A DNA stretch of 64,000 bases. Source: Cyanobacteria bacterium J06626_4 (GTDB taxonomy: Bacteria; Cyanobacteriota; Cyanobacteriia; Phormidesmidales; Phormidesmidaceae). Below are positions 1 to 11,349 of the stretch, one piece after another; position 1 is the first letter of the stretch; each line of letters begins with the position of its first letter. The notes below the pieces were generated by a model. That model had not been told where the DNA came from. It searched no databases and saw nothing but the letters and a program-made list of their open reading frames with translations. A program made the translations under genes and the position numbers. The stretch lies in contig JBCBJQ010000001.1 in the NCBI GenBank assembly GCA_038523235.1, forward strand, positions 1 through 64,000, in the 5' to 3' direction.

Positions 1-35
1 TGTCACTATTAGGTGTTTGCCTGATAAGTGGATTC

Positions 36-437
36 TTGATGTTCGTTGCAGGTGAAGTCTATCTTCTTAACAACCAAATACTGAGTGAACATGAACGCTC
101 ATTTCGCAGAAATTCTCATCCGATTAACACATCGGCAGTTGCATTTAAACGTCTGGTTACCCATCCGCCTGGAAACGGCAGTCACTGTTTCTATTTTGTA
201 GGTGAAGTTAGGACTTTTTCTGGCGATAGAAAGCATGTTGCAGGTTTTTACGCTGGCAAGCAAGTTCAATTAGAGTTTTTCGAGCAGGGGCAACTTCAAA
301 GCTTTCCTTATGTCTGGCTCAGTCAATTGCCTGATTGGGTGAACTCTCAAGCGAATTCAAGCGAAAATTATTATCTCATCTATAGCCTGAATTCAAAAAT
401 TGACGACTATACAAGCTTCGATTGGAGATGTAACTGA
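36..437 (+). CDS. Hypothetical protein in AT-rich accessory island
   Basis: 133-aa ORF in a low-GC, HIP1-free stretch; no recognisable motif. Confidence 0.45.
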   Translation: MMFVAGEVYLLNNQILSEHERSFRRNSHPINTSAVAFKRLVTHPPGNGSHCFYFVGEVRTFSGDRKHVAGFYAGKQVQLEFFEQGQLQSFPYVWLSQLPDWVNSQANSSENYYLIYSLNSKIDDYTSFDWRCN

Positions 438-500
438 CAAAGATTATCCTAAATAATAGATCATGTATAAGTAGATGGACACAATCAAATCTGAGAATAC

Positions 501-529
501 GTAGGTTTCGGTTGAGGAACGAAACCCAC
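501..529 (+). repeat. REP-like palindrome (GTAG-led)
   Basis: GTAGGTTTCGGTTGAGGAACGAAACCCAC: GTAG tetranucleotide followed by GGTTTCG...CGAAACC inverted repeat, resembling cyanobacterial REP elements. Confidence 0.5.
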
Positions 530-550
530 TAAAGCTGCAATAGGATAGTT

Positions 551-949
551 ATGAAATATGATGATGCATCTTGGCATTACGGCGGCGAGTGTCCTGCTGA
601 TCTCCCGAATGAAGCAGGGGCAACGCACATCGCGATGTTTCTCGCCTGGTGTTTACTCAACGACTTGGGTGGTTCTCTTCATGTTGAAGAGTTTCCCGAT
701 GAGCTTGAGCGCCTTCGTAACCGCGAAGAAACGCCTGGGAAATGGTTCATCCGATGTTGTGATGAAAAGTTTACTGATGAAGATAATAGTTTTTGCCTGT
801 TCTTCTATCACGCAAAGAAAGCTCCTTATCTCAATGAATATACTGAGGTATTTCCAGATGTGGAGAGCTTGTATGCAGTTCCAGATACTTGGGAGTCGTT
901 TGACAAGCTAGCACCCAGAATTTCCGCCGGCTTTCAGCAATGGCGTTAG
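551..949 (+). CDS. Conserved hypothetical protein (YDDASWH family, possible immunity-type protein)
   Basis: N-terminus MKYDDASWHYGG...AGATHIAMFLAW and CDEKFTDED resemble a widespread small uncharacterised family; AGGA upstream. Confidence 0.65.
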   Translation: MKYDDASWHYGGECPADLPNEAGATHIAMFLAWCLLNDLGGSLHVEEFPDELERLRNREETPGKWFIRCCDEKFTDEDNSFCLFFYHAKKAPYLNEYTEVFPDVESLYAVPDTWESFDKLAPRISAGFQQWR

Positions 950-1092
950 CCGCTGCCGCTAGTCAGGTGACCGCCGAGAGCAGCCCCATGCATCAATAGA
1001 TTGGATGGCTCAGATCGAGGATGTGCTGCTTAGACTATTGGTAGGGTGCTGAGGCTACTTAGCTTGGTGATAATGATGCGGGATTTTGTGAA

Positions 1093-1893
1093 ATGTGAAA
1101 ACCTGGATGGGATGCTCGCCGCAGAAATAGAAACATCGGTACTGCGAAGTCTGGGTATGGTCAAAACAACAAGCTGCGTATTCCGGAGCATTGGATTGGT
1201 GGCAAGTGGATTCTGTTTTATGAGCAGCTAAAGAATCCGGTTGCGCTCACTCGAATGATTGGTGATCACGACATTACCATCCTGGTTGAGCCTGTGTACT
1301 CAGGATTTCTCCATGCTTGCACTCCCGATGATATTGCCCAAGTTTTGAGGTTGTTACCTCCACAACATACAAAAGGCATAGATTTAGTTGTGCTACGTCA
1401 ACCCAAGCGGAAAGAACGGATGCTCAATCCAGTTTGGGGAAGATTACAGTACTACTCGGAGATTCAACAATATCGTGGGGTGGCAATTCACATTGAAGCT
1501 CAACTGACGAATGGTACTGCCTACTGGAATAAGTCATTATCGCCTGATGATGCGCAGGAATTAGAGCAGTTAAGAGAAGATGGGCATCAGGTGATTTCTG
1601 AACGTCGTCGCTATGCAATTCACACGACTTTAGAGTCAATTCGAGCCACTCAGCTGTACCGGACCTTGCCCCATGAGGTTGGGCATTACGTAGATTATCT
1701 GAATACGATGAAGGCCGATGAAGACGGCGAATTGTTTTGGAGTAAGCCAAGTCAAGATAAAGAAGCATTTGCTCATCGATATGCGCGTGAATTTTGGGAG
1801 GGCGAGAAAACAGCTGGCAACATCCCATTTCAGCGGATTTTGAATCCAGAACAATTAACTGCTGAAGGTCTTTCTCTGCGATGGTTTACATAG
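1093..1893 (+). pseudogene. HExxH-containing hypothetical protein with TGA at codon 2 (or a shorter CDS starting at 1255)
   Basis: Frame open from 1099 (KPGWDARRRNRNIGTAKSGYG...) into ORF 1255-1893 with PHEVGH; preceded by in-frame ATG TGA at 1093-1098. Confidence 0.55.
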
Positions 1894-1981
1894 CACCAAA
1901 ATCATGATGAAGCGGACACGCAAGATTGCTCATAGAGGGGCATGACGTGGTTTCTTGCTGCTGCTCAGCAATCGGTAAGGC
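1894..1981 (+). other. Degenerate attC-like imperfect hairpin
   Basis: TGAAGCGGACACGCAAGA...TCTTGCTGCTGCTCA imperfect inverted repeat directly after the stop codon, ending GGTAAGGC (resembles GTTAGGC). Confidence 0.3.
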
Positions 1982-2097
1982 GGTGTAAACTCGCGTTGCC
2001 ATCTACTCATAGCTGGGCGGTCGCCAACAGTTCCATTTCTCGCCAGCGGTGACTCACAATTTGTCAGTCGATAGGATGGCGATCGCTGATCGGCGGA

Positions 2098-3297
2098 TTA
2101 TGCACCGAGAATCTTGAGACAATCTTGAGCGATCGCCCATTCTTCCTGAGTGTGAATGATATAAACCCGCACTTTGGAGTCGGCTGCGGCAATATCCTGA
2201 TCGGTGGACGAACGCTGCAGTTTAGCTGGATCGAGCTGCAGGCCCAGAAACTCCCAATTCTGGCAGGCGGCCTGCCAAACGGCGGCGCTGTTTTCCCCAA
2301 TACCGGCGGTAAATACCAGCGCGTCTAGCCCGCCCAGGCTACCGAGCATGGCGCCGATTTGACGGCGCAGAATGTGGATGAACATGTCGAAGGCGAGTTG
2401 GGCGCGATCGCTGCCCTGCTCTGCCGCCTCTAGCACCTGCCGCAGGTCATTTGATAAACCCGAAATGCCCTTCAGTCCCGCCGCTTTGTTGAGTAGCGTG
2501 TCTAACTCGTCAGGCGTGCAGTGATCGTGGCGCATCAGATAAAACAAAATGCCGGGATCGACCGATCCCGAACGGCTGCCCATCATTAGCCCATCTAGCG
2601 GCGTAAAGCCCATGGTGGTATCGACACTAATGCCATCACGAATGGCCGACAGCGAGCAGCCGTTGCCCAGATGACAGGTAATTAGCTTGAGATCCGACAA
2701 CTCGCGGTGCATCAATTCAGCCGTGCGGTGAGCCACATAGCGATGGCTAACGCCGTGAAAGCCATAGCGCTGAATGCCCTGCTCAACCCACTCGTAGGGG
2801 CCGGGATAGGTGCTCGCAGCAGCAGGCATTTGGGCATGAAAGGCCGTGTCAAAAACGGCCACCTGAGGTACCGCCGCCAAAATAGCCTCCATCGCTTCGA
2901 TGCCCTGCAAGTTGGCAGGATTATGCGACGGTGCCAGCGGAAAAAGCTGCTGAATAGTGGCTTTGACTGCTGACGTAATCGGGGTGCTTTGCTGATAGTC
3001 GCGCCCGCCGTGGACGACCCGGTGCCCCACTGCCTCAATCTCGCTCAACGTTGATAACACCTGCACGGGGCCTTCAACCAGCGTGTCGAGCATCCATCGC
3101 AGCCCGGTGGTCTTGTCTTCGGTGGCTAAAACTGCCTGGTGCCGCCGCCCATCAGCTGTCTGCGCCGTCAGCTCAACGCTGCCCGCCTGATGAGTCCAAT
3201 CGAGCTGCGATCGCCATAGCGCTGTTTGGCCTTTGGCAAAGTCAAACAGGGCGGCTTTGTGACTGCTAGAACCAGCATTGAGGACAAGCGTTTTCAT
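2098..3297 (-). CDS. ackA: Acetate kinase
   Basis: LNAGSSS, GHRVVHGG, FDTAFH, RYGFHG, HLGNG, TMGFTPL, FTAGIGEN motifs. Confidence 0.97.
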   Translation of the reverse strand: MKTLVLNAGSSSHKAALFDFAKGQTALWRSQLDWTHQAGSVELTAQTADGRRHQAVLATEDKTTGLRWMLDTLVEGPVQVLSTLSEIEAVGHRVVHGGRDYQQSTPITSAVKATIQQLFPLAPSHNPANLQGIEAMEAILAAVPQVAVFDTAFHAQMPAAASTYPGPYEWVEQGIQRYGFHGVSHRYVAHRTAELMHRELSDLKLITCHLGNGCSLSAIRDGISVDTTMGFTPLDGLMMGSRSGSVDPGILFYLMRHDHCTPDELDTLLNKAAGLKGISGLSNDLRQVLEAAEQGSDRAQLAFDMFIHILRRQIGAMLGSLGGLDALVFTAGIGENSAAVWQAACQNWEFLGLQLDPAKLQRSSTDQDIAAADSKVRVYIIHTQEEWAIAQDCLKILGA

Positions 3298-3659
3298 GAC
3301 AGAGAAGGGGGGTAGGGGAATTCTCTAGACAAATAAAGCAAACGGTGAAACCGGCATTAAGAGAGTGACTGAACTGGGGTTGCCACCTGGGCGCAGGGTG
3401 AATGGCTGACGATGGTACTCGACTGAGAGAAAACGTGAAGCTAAGGGAAATTTTCTCTTCTTAAAGAATCATACCGACCCTCTGAGTTGATCTTTGATCG
3501 GAGTTACGTATCAGCATGATTGATCGCGATCGTTCATGCGTGATAGTTGCCAGCCAGCTCGCGACAGGCAGAAATGCGTGGCTGGATACGCGCTGCTCAG
3601 AAGACGATGTCTCTAGCATGGTAAGGAATGCCGGATGCGAAAAGTGCACCTTATTGTCT

Positions 3660-5033
3660 TTAGCGCAGGATGTCTGCTGGCTGCTGAACCGGAATCTGAA
3701 TTAAAAAGGTTGTTCCTTCTTCCGGAGAGGACAAGCACTTTAATCGCCCATTGTGCCTTTCTGTCACAATCTGATAGCTGATAGACATTCCCATGCCGGT
3801 GCCCTTACCCACAGCTTTAGTGGTGAAAAACGGCTCAAAAATTCGTGCTTGGAGCTCCACAGGGATGCCGGCCCCGTTATCAGAGATTTCTATTTGGACT
3901 CGGGCGTCATTGAGTAAAGCAGTACGAATCGTGATGTGGCTGACATCAGGACTACCATGCTCAAACAAGCGCTTTTTTGAAAAGGGCTCTAGTGCATCAA
4001 TGGCATTAGTCAGAATGTTAATAAAAACTTGATTCAGCAATCCAGCGTAGCATTCAATTTTGGGAAGATCGCCGTAGTGTTTGACAATTTGAATCCCCGC
4101 CCGATCTGGGTGAGCTTTCAGTCGATGATTCAGGATTGTCAGCGCACTATCTAGACCATGATGAATATCAACAAATTTGAGTTCAGCTTCATCTAAACGA
4201 GCAAAAATCCGCAGAGATTTGACAATTTCATGAATCCGACTGCCACCAGTTTTTATCGAAGCCAAAATTTTCAACAAGTCTGTCTGCAGAAAGTCCAGAT
4301 CAATGCGTTGAGTCTCGGCCTGGATTTCACTGACTGGCTCAGGATAGTATTCTTGATAGTGGTACACCAGCCCCAGCAAATCTTTGACATAGTCCTGAAT
4401 ATAGCCAATATTGCCGTGGATGAAATTGACAGGATTATTGATTTCGTGGGCGATACCGGCAACCAGTTGCCCCAAACCAGACATTTTTTCCTGTTGTATG
4501 AGCTGTATCTGAGCCTTTTTTAACTGCTGTAGCGTACTGGTTAGCTCATGATTCGTCTGCACCAGTTCATTAGTGCGCTCTTGAACTCGAATTTCTAACT
4601 CTTCATTGGTTTGCTTGAGACTGGTGGCTGCTCGCTTGCGCTCAGTGATATCGATGAGTGAGCCTGACAATCGGTCGAGGGAACCAAAGCGGATCGACAG
4701 TTCTAACCAAAGCATGCGCCCCTGACGATCAGTAAACCGTAGCTCTAAAGTGCAATCTGCTTGCTGCTGTAAGGCCGATTGCCAGGCGGCAGTATTACTC
4801 TGATCAATAAAATCCTCGAGCTTGCGACCCTTAGAGTCTTCTACAGAGTAGCCAAGCACTTCTGTCCAAGCTTTGTTGATAAACGTGAGGTGGCTCTGGC
4901 GATCGCACTCAAACACGATCTCCCGCAGGCTTTCAACGAGTTCGCGATAACGCCGTTCTGATTCAGTCAGCTTTTCGATCAGGCGATATTGAATCTGCGT
5001 ATGCAGCTCATTTTGGGTATTGTGCTCTGACAT
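3660..5033 (-). CDS. PAS-domain sensor histidine kinase
   Basis: PAS ending DITERK, H-box AHEINNP, N-box [25 protein letters not shown] 5033 preceded by AGGA. Confidence 0.92.
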   Translation of the reverse strand: MSEHNTQNELHTQIQYRLIEKLTESERRYRELVESLREIVFECDRQSHLTFINKAWTEVLGYSVEDSKGRKLEDFIDQSNTAAWQSALQQQADCTLELRFTDRQGRMLWLELSIRFGSLDRLSGSLIDITERKRAATSLKQTNEELEIRVQERTNELVQTNHELTSTLQQLKKAQIQLIQQEKMSGLGQLVAGIAHEINNPVNFIHGNIGYIQDYVKDLLGLVYHYQEYYPEPVSEIQAETQRIDLDFLQTDLLKILASIKTGGSRIHEIVKSLRIFARLDEAELKFVDIHHGLDSALTILNHRLKAHPDRAGIQIVKHYGDLPKIECYAGLLNQVFINILTNAIDALEPFSKKRLFEHGSPDVSHITIRTALLNDARVQIEISDNGAGIPVELQARIFEPFFTTKAVGKGTGMGMSISYQIVTERHNGRLKCLSSPEEGTTFLIQIPVQQPADILR

Positions 5034-5060
5034 GCGTCCTAACATTTCCGATGGTTGTCG

Positions 5061-5672
5061 CTACACAGCCGAGGGCTCTAGCTGTTCTAAAAACTGTGCA
5101 GAGGTCATCGGCTTGGCATAAAGCGGAAAGACGTTCTCAAAATAGAAATCTTGCTCAAAGTTGGTTCGAGCAGAGGTGCAATCCTGCAGGACTGACACCT
5201 GATAACCTTGTTCGTAAGCTGAGCGCCCGGTGGAATCAATACAAACAGACGTCACAGCCCCGGCTAGAACTAGATTTTTAATGTTGTTTTGCTTGAGGAC
5301 GTCACCCAACCCGGTATTCACAAAAGCATTCAAACCACGCTTGCCAGGAATTTCCAGAATTCTGTCTTGAAAGGGTGTCAGTTCTGCAATTGTTTGAGAT
5401 CCTTTAGTGCCTTCTTGAAAAGCCCCAACTTCCTTGATCGTGTTTAAGATGCCGACAGGCTCAACCAATTCTTCATAGTTTTTTGTGAAAAAGATTGGCG
5501 TAGCAATAATCAGTGTCGGTGTTTTAATCAGACTTTTTAATAGTTGAATCGTGTTGCTGACGGTGTTAGTCGTTTTTGCCGATTCTTCAATGACACCGGT
5601 CAAAATGCCGTCTTGAGAAAAATAATCATTTTGAAAACCAACCAGGAGTAGAGCCGTCTTGTTTGGATTCAT
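5061..5672 (-). CDS. Isochorismatase / cysteine hydrolase family protein (catalytic Asp replaced by Gly)
   Basis: TALLLVGFQNDYF, GKRGLNAF, AGAVTSVCIDSTGRSAYEQGY motifs. Confidence 0.88.
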   Translation of the reverse strand: MNPNKTALLLVGFQNDYFSQDGILTGVIEESAKTTNTVSNTIQLLKSLIKTPTLIIATPIFFTKNYEELVEPVGILNTIKEVGAFQEGTKGSQTIAELTPFQDRILEIPGKRGLNAFVNTGLGDVLKQNNIKNLVLAGAVTSVCIDSTGRSAYEQGYQVSVLQDCTSARTNFEQDFYFENVFPLYAKPMTSAQFLEQLEPSAV

Positions 5673-5963
5673 GGGTTTAAAGGATTGAATTAGTGATATT
5701 GGAAATTATTAATGCAATTGCTCTTATAGTCCCCAAAGTGGTGACTGCTCTAACCATAGATTTGCCCCAGGCTTGTTTGGCTATTGGGTCTGGCCTGGGC
5801 GCCGCACCGGGTGAGTTAAGTCCTCGCCCATCCACCTTGTTGCGGCTTTCTGGTCTACAGAAAATCTTCCCTATTAATCAGAAAATATTGCTGTAATGGG
5901 GATTCATCGCATCCAGGAATGCTTCGACCCGGTTCGGCTCGCTCTCAGGCGGCAGCTTGATTC

Positions 5964-6602
5964 TTACGTGCCGGGGCGGGCATCGAGTTCGGCGGGCAGG
6001 TGGCTACGATCGCCATGTTTGACGAGCAGCGGGCCGTACCGGTCGAATTTAACGACACTGACAGAGGCGACGGGCAGGGCGATGCGATCTCGGTAGCGGC
6101 CCAAATCGATGCCGAGCAGACTGCATAAAATAATGCGGATGGTGGCTTTGTGGGAGACGACGAGGACGTTGCCAGTGGTGTATTTTTCCTCAATTTCCGC
6201 CATCACGAGAGCGGCTCGACTGGCAATTTGCACCGATGATTCGCCGCCGGTGGGCGGGTTCCAAGCAGGCTCAGTCAACCAGGCAATGTAATCGTCGGGA
6301 TAGTCGGCTTTGACGGTTTCGGCGGTTTTGCCTTCCCATTCGCCATACTGAATTTCCTTCAGACCATCGCGAATTTCCATCTGTAGGCCGAGGGCGTCAC
6401 AGAGGTGTTTGGCCGTGGCGATCGTGCGTTTCATGGGGCTGACATACACCGCCTGCCACGCCATTGATTGGTAGCGCTGGGCAAACGCCGCCGCCATGGC
6501 GGTACCTGCCGCCGTGAGCTCGGGATCTAGAGCCCCGCAAAAGCCCCCGGTTTGGCTAAATTCAGTCTCGCCGTGACGCAGCAAGTAAACGCAAAGGCCC
6601 AT
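5964..6602 (-). CDS. Histidine phosphatase (phosphoglycerate mutase family)
   Basis: RHGET, SPMKR, EIQYGEWEG, VSH motifs. Confidence 0.9.
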   Translation of the reverse strand: MGLCVYLLRHGETEFSQTGGFCGALDPELTAAGTAMAAAFAQRYQSMAWQAVYVSPMKRTIATAKHLCDALGLQMEIRDGLKEIQYGEWEGKTAETVKADYPDDYIAWLTEPAWNPPTGGESSVQIASRAALVMAEIEEKYTTGNVLVVSHKATIRIILCSLLGIDLGRYRDRIALPVASVSVVKFDRYGPLLVKHGDRSHLPAELDARPGT

Positions 6603-6684
6603 CACAAATCTCGATAAAGGTCAGTGGGCAGGGGCGAACGACTGGCTCGCCCGTTCTGATCGAACGCCTCGGGCCGGCAGGTTT

Positions 6685-8340
<1,656 letters not shown>

Positions 8341-8657
8341 CTATGGGTGATGAAGGGGGTGCGGCTTCACAGTTTCACCCTGATCTCGCCGTCCTGACCT
8401 AAGTGGGGCTTAGTTTGCCATTGAAATTATGGGACAGGCCGGTAAGCGATGCAATCTCTGGTCAGGGCAGTCGGGAGACCCACAATCGCCCCACCCGTTG
8501 CCGTCACATCGCGCGATCGCAAACACTTTTACAAATAACCGCCAACCCCGTGGCCTGCTGTCGTGAACCTGACAAACTCGTAGGGTTAGTATGCCGCACC
8601 AACCCTAAGGCCTCATTAAGTCCGCTGACCTTTTCGCTGCGATGTCGAGGTAAAACA

Positions 8658-9146
8658 ATGAATTCTGGACGATTTTTGACGGGGAGCGCGATCGCAGTTC
8701 TACTCATCTTTGCCCCAGCTTGCACGCTGATGCCCCCGACCTCGGGCGTGGCGTCAGCCCCGGCGAGTGAGTCGGCCCCACCACCACTAATTGCGGCGAC
8801 TCTAGCGGGCGATCTCGATCTGGTGCAATCCTTGCTCGACGGTGGTGCCAATCCCAATTCGATTTATCACACCAACACGGCCCTGACCTACGCTGCCCGC
8901 GACGGCTTCACCGAGATTGCCGCAGCGCTGATCGCGGCGGGGGCAGAGGTCAACTGGGTCGATGGCGAAGGCGTGACGCCTCTCATTCTGGCGGCTTTTA
9001 AGGGCCATGGGGAACTGGTGAAACTTTTGCTAAAATACGGTGCCGATCCGGCGGTGGTCGATCAGTGGGGGCGCACCGCTTTGGACTATGCCCGACGGCG
9101 CGGTGAAGATGACGCGATCGCCCAGCTGCTGCAATCGTCGAGATAA
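8658..9146 (+). CDS. Secreted or lipoprotein ankyrin-repeat protein
   Basis: ATG 8658 after GAGGT; hydrophobic leader ending APAC; ankyrin repeats TALTYAA, GVTPLILAA, GRTALDYA. Confidence 0.85.
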   Translation: MNSGRFLTGSAIAVLLIFAPACTLMPPTSGVASAPASESAPPPLIAATLAGDLDLVQSLLDGGANPNSIYHTNTALTYAARDGFTEIAAALIAAGAEVNWVDGEGVTPLILAAFKGHGELVKLLLKYGADPAVVDQWGRTALDYARRRGEDDAIAQLLQSSR

Positions 9147-9215
9147 GCGGGTGGTGCCCGCGATCGCTCAGCCACCACCCGCTGACTCATCCAGCAGACC
9201 CTCCATCCGGCAATA

Positions 9216-9257
9216 ACCCTCTACCCTCTACTCCCCACCCTCCACTCTCTACTCCCC
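9216..9257. repeat. STRR-like heptamer tandem repeat (6 units)
   Basis: ACCCTCT ACCCTCT ACTCCCC ACCCTCC ACTCTCT ACTCCCC between convergent genes. Confidence 0.8.
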
Positions 9258-9262
9258 GCGTC

Positions 9263-10423
9263 CTAATCCACTCGCAGCGGAATATTGTCAAACCGGTTCA
9301 AGCTCACCAGCGACAGACTCAGCACCAGCACGATCGCGAACGGCGACACCGCCAGCGGAATCAGGCTCAGCGCCAACGCCGCCAGCACCAGCCGCGCCCC
9401 TACCACACCCCTGGGTAGCGACTGAGGCGTGGCCCACTGCAGTGCAGTCACGCCGACCAAAAAAATGGCCACGCCGCCACACAGCACCGTCCGTGCTTCG
9501 GCCCCAAAGTCGCCACTTGAGACCGCCTCAATCGCAAACTGAATCCCCACTCCTGTGGCCACAATGCCCATAAACGCCAGGATGTGGCTATAGCCGTAAA
9601 GATACGCCCGCAGGAGCGCCAACTTGCCGCCGCGTAGCGCCTGGTTGATCGTCGATTCGTCCGCCCGTTCAAAATACATCCACCACAGGCTGACTGCTGT
9701 CAAAAAGCCACCGGCCCCTGTCAGCGCACTTTGCCATTGCCAGGTCGTTTCAGCAACGCCCGTGACCACGGCGATGATGGCTTCTCCCAAGACGATGATG
9801 ACAAACTGGCCAAACCGCTCATCCATATGGGATTTTTGGGTGGGCACCGTGCGAATAGTCAGATAGGTGATGGGGCCGTTGCTGACTTCAATCAGCAGGG
9901 CGATCGCCCACAGCCAAAAGCGCGCCGGTTCGGGTACGGCGATCGATAATAGCCACAGACCAAAGGCGACAGAGAAGCTGATCGCATAGCGAGCAGTGAG
10001 TTCGCGTGACGGGGGCACCAAGCGCCAAGCCTGAACATACAAAAAGATGATGACGAACCTTAACGCGGCATAGGCAGTGGCAAATGCGGCCGAGCCGCCC
10101 TGCAGCGCATCGTGAATGGTCAGGGCCATAATCACCAGCCCAAACATGACACCCAGCATGACTAAACGATAGGGGCCGCGATCGATATCAAATTGGTCGG
10201 CATAGTAGCTAAAGTCGATCCACAGCCACCAGACGGGCACAAACAGCGCGACGAATCCGACGATACCAGCCCAGGTCGGATCGCTATGTAGCAGATGGGC
10301 GACCTCGGCGATCGCAAAAACAAAGACCAGATCAAAAAACAGTTCTAACCAGGTGGCGTGGCGTTCGCGATCGTCCTCAGCCGTTAGGTATTGGCGCAGC
10401 GAACTTTGGGGTGGGTTAGTCAT
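9263..10423 (-). CDS. Low temperature requirement protein A family membrane protein
   Basis: ATWLELFFDLVFV and HMDERFGQFVIIVLGE signatures; multiple TM helices. Confidence 0.9.
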   Translation of the reverse strand: MTNPPQSSLRQYLTAEDDRERHATWLELFFDLVFVFAIAEVAHLLHSDPTWAGIVGFVALFVPVWWLWIDFSYYADQFDIDRGPYRLVMLGVMFGLVIMALTIHDALQGGSAAFATAYAALRFVIIFLYVQAWRLVPPSRELTARYAISFSVAFGLWLLSIAVPEPARFWLWAIALLIEVSNGPITYLTIRTVPTQKSHMDERFGQFVIIVLGEAIIAVVTGVAETTWQWQSALTGAGGFLTAVSLWWMYFERADESTINQALRGGKLALLRAYLYGYSHILAFMGIVATGVGIQFAIEAVSSGDFGAEARTVLCGGVAIFLVGVTALQWATPQSLPRGVVGARLVLAALALSLIPLAVSPFAIVLVLSLSLVSLNRFDNIPLRVD

Positions 10424-10467
10424 GGGATGAGAACTAGGGCAGCGAAAAACACCGGGACGCGCTAGCA

Positions 10468-10724
10468 GAATGCGGAGTTCGAAATGTGAAATTTCCAAAT
10501 CTCAATGCCGCATTGCGGCGAGTGACTCTACCCTGCGGGAAGGCTTTCAGCGAGCGAGCAGTCGCTGGGGGCCGAGTCCCCTTCCCAGCGGGCAGTTCAA
10601 ATTCAAAACTTGCAACCTGGTAGGACTCGGTCAGCCCTTAACGCCAGGGACTCATAAATCCCAATGCCAAACTCCGTAGGGCTCTGCTCTTAACGCAGGG
10701 TACTCCGAATTCTGAACTCCAAAT
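10468..10724. repeat. Dispersed element with inverted heptamer ends (family C, copy 1)
   Basis: Starts GAATGCGGAGTTCGAAAT, ends GTACTCCGAATTCTGAACTCC; similar ends at 49185-49377. Confidence 0.55.
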
Positions 10725-10755
10725 GTTCGCCTCAACTCCCTGCCCAATAATGAAT

Positions 10756-11163
10756 CTAGCTAATCGTGACGTCAGTCATTTCTTCTAGTTCGATCAGGTT
10801 GCCATCGGGGTCACGAAAACAGGTCGAGATAAAGCCCCGCTCTGGATAACTCGTGAGAGGAGCCAGCATTTCTATCCCCTGTTCCTGCAGGGCTAGCGTC
10901 GCTTGCCTGAGGTCATTGACCTTGAAGGAAAGCACGACCTGAGCACTATGGGGGTCATAGCTGAGACTTTCATCCCGAGAGACAAAATCGGCAACTTTTG
11001 CGCGGTTGAAGAGCGTAATCAGAACGGCACCCGTATCAAATTCGACATACTCATCGGCATCATCTTCGAACTTGATCGGCAACCCTAAAACATCTTGATA
11101 AAAAGCCTTACAAGCTTTGAAGTTTTCGACGTTGAGACGGGTGTACAGGTACTGAAGCTGCAT
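10756..11163 (-). CDS. VOC / glyoxalase family protein
   Basis: FYQDVLGL and FRDPDGNLIEL motifs; AGGAG RBS before ATG 11163. Confidence 0.9.
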   Translation of the reverse strand: MQLQYLYTRLNVENFKACKAFYQDVLGLPIKFEDDADEYVEFDTGAVLITLFNRAKVADFVSRDESLSYDPHSAQVVLSFKVNDLRQATLALQEQGIEMLAPLTSYPERGFISTCFRDPDGNLIELEEMTDVTIS

Positions 11164-11349
11164 GAAATCTCTCCTGATGAGATGCGTTTTAGCCAAACTA
11201 TAGCGTTATACCCAGACCCTCAAGCTGCGATGCACGATGTGCTGACGCTTTGCGGAGGAAGCCACCCAACAGCCATGCCCTCCGGTCACAAATGGGGCCG
11301 GCTGTTTTGAGCTCAGCGCTCCGCAGCAGACCGGCTGATCCCAGTGAGA

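Noticed and set aside
1096..1098. In-frame TGA as selenocysteine
   Set aside because: Codon 2 position, no redox motif and no evident SECIS; a nonsense change is simpler.
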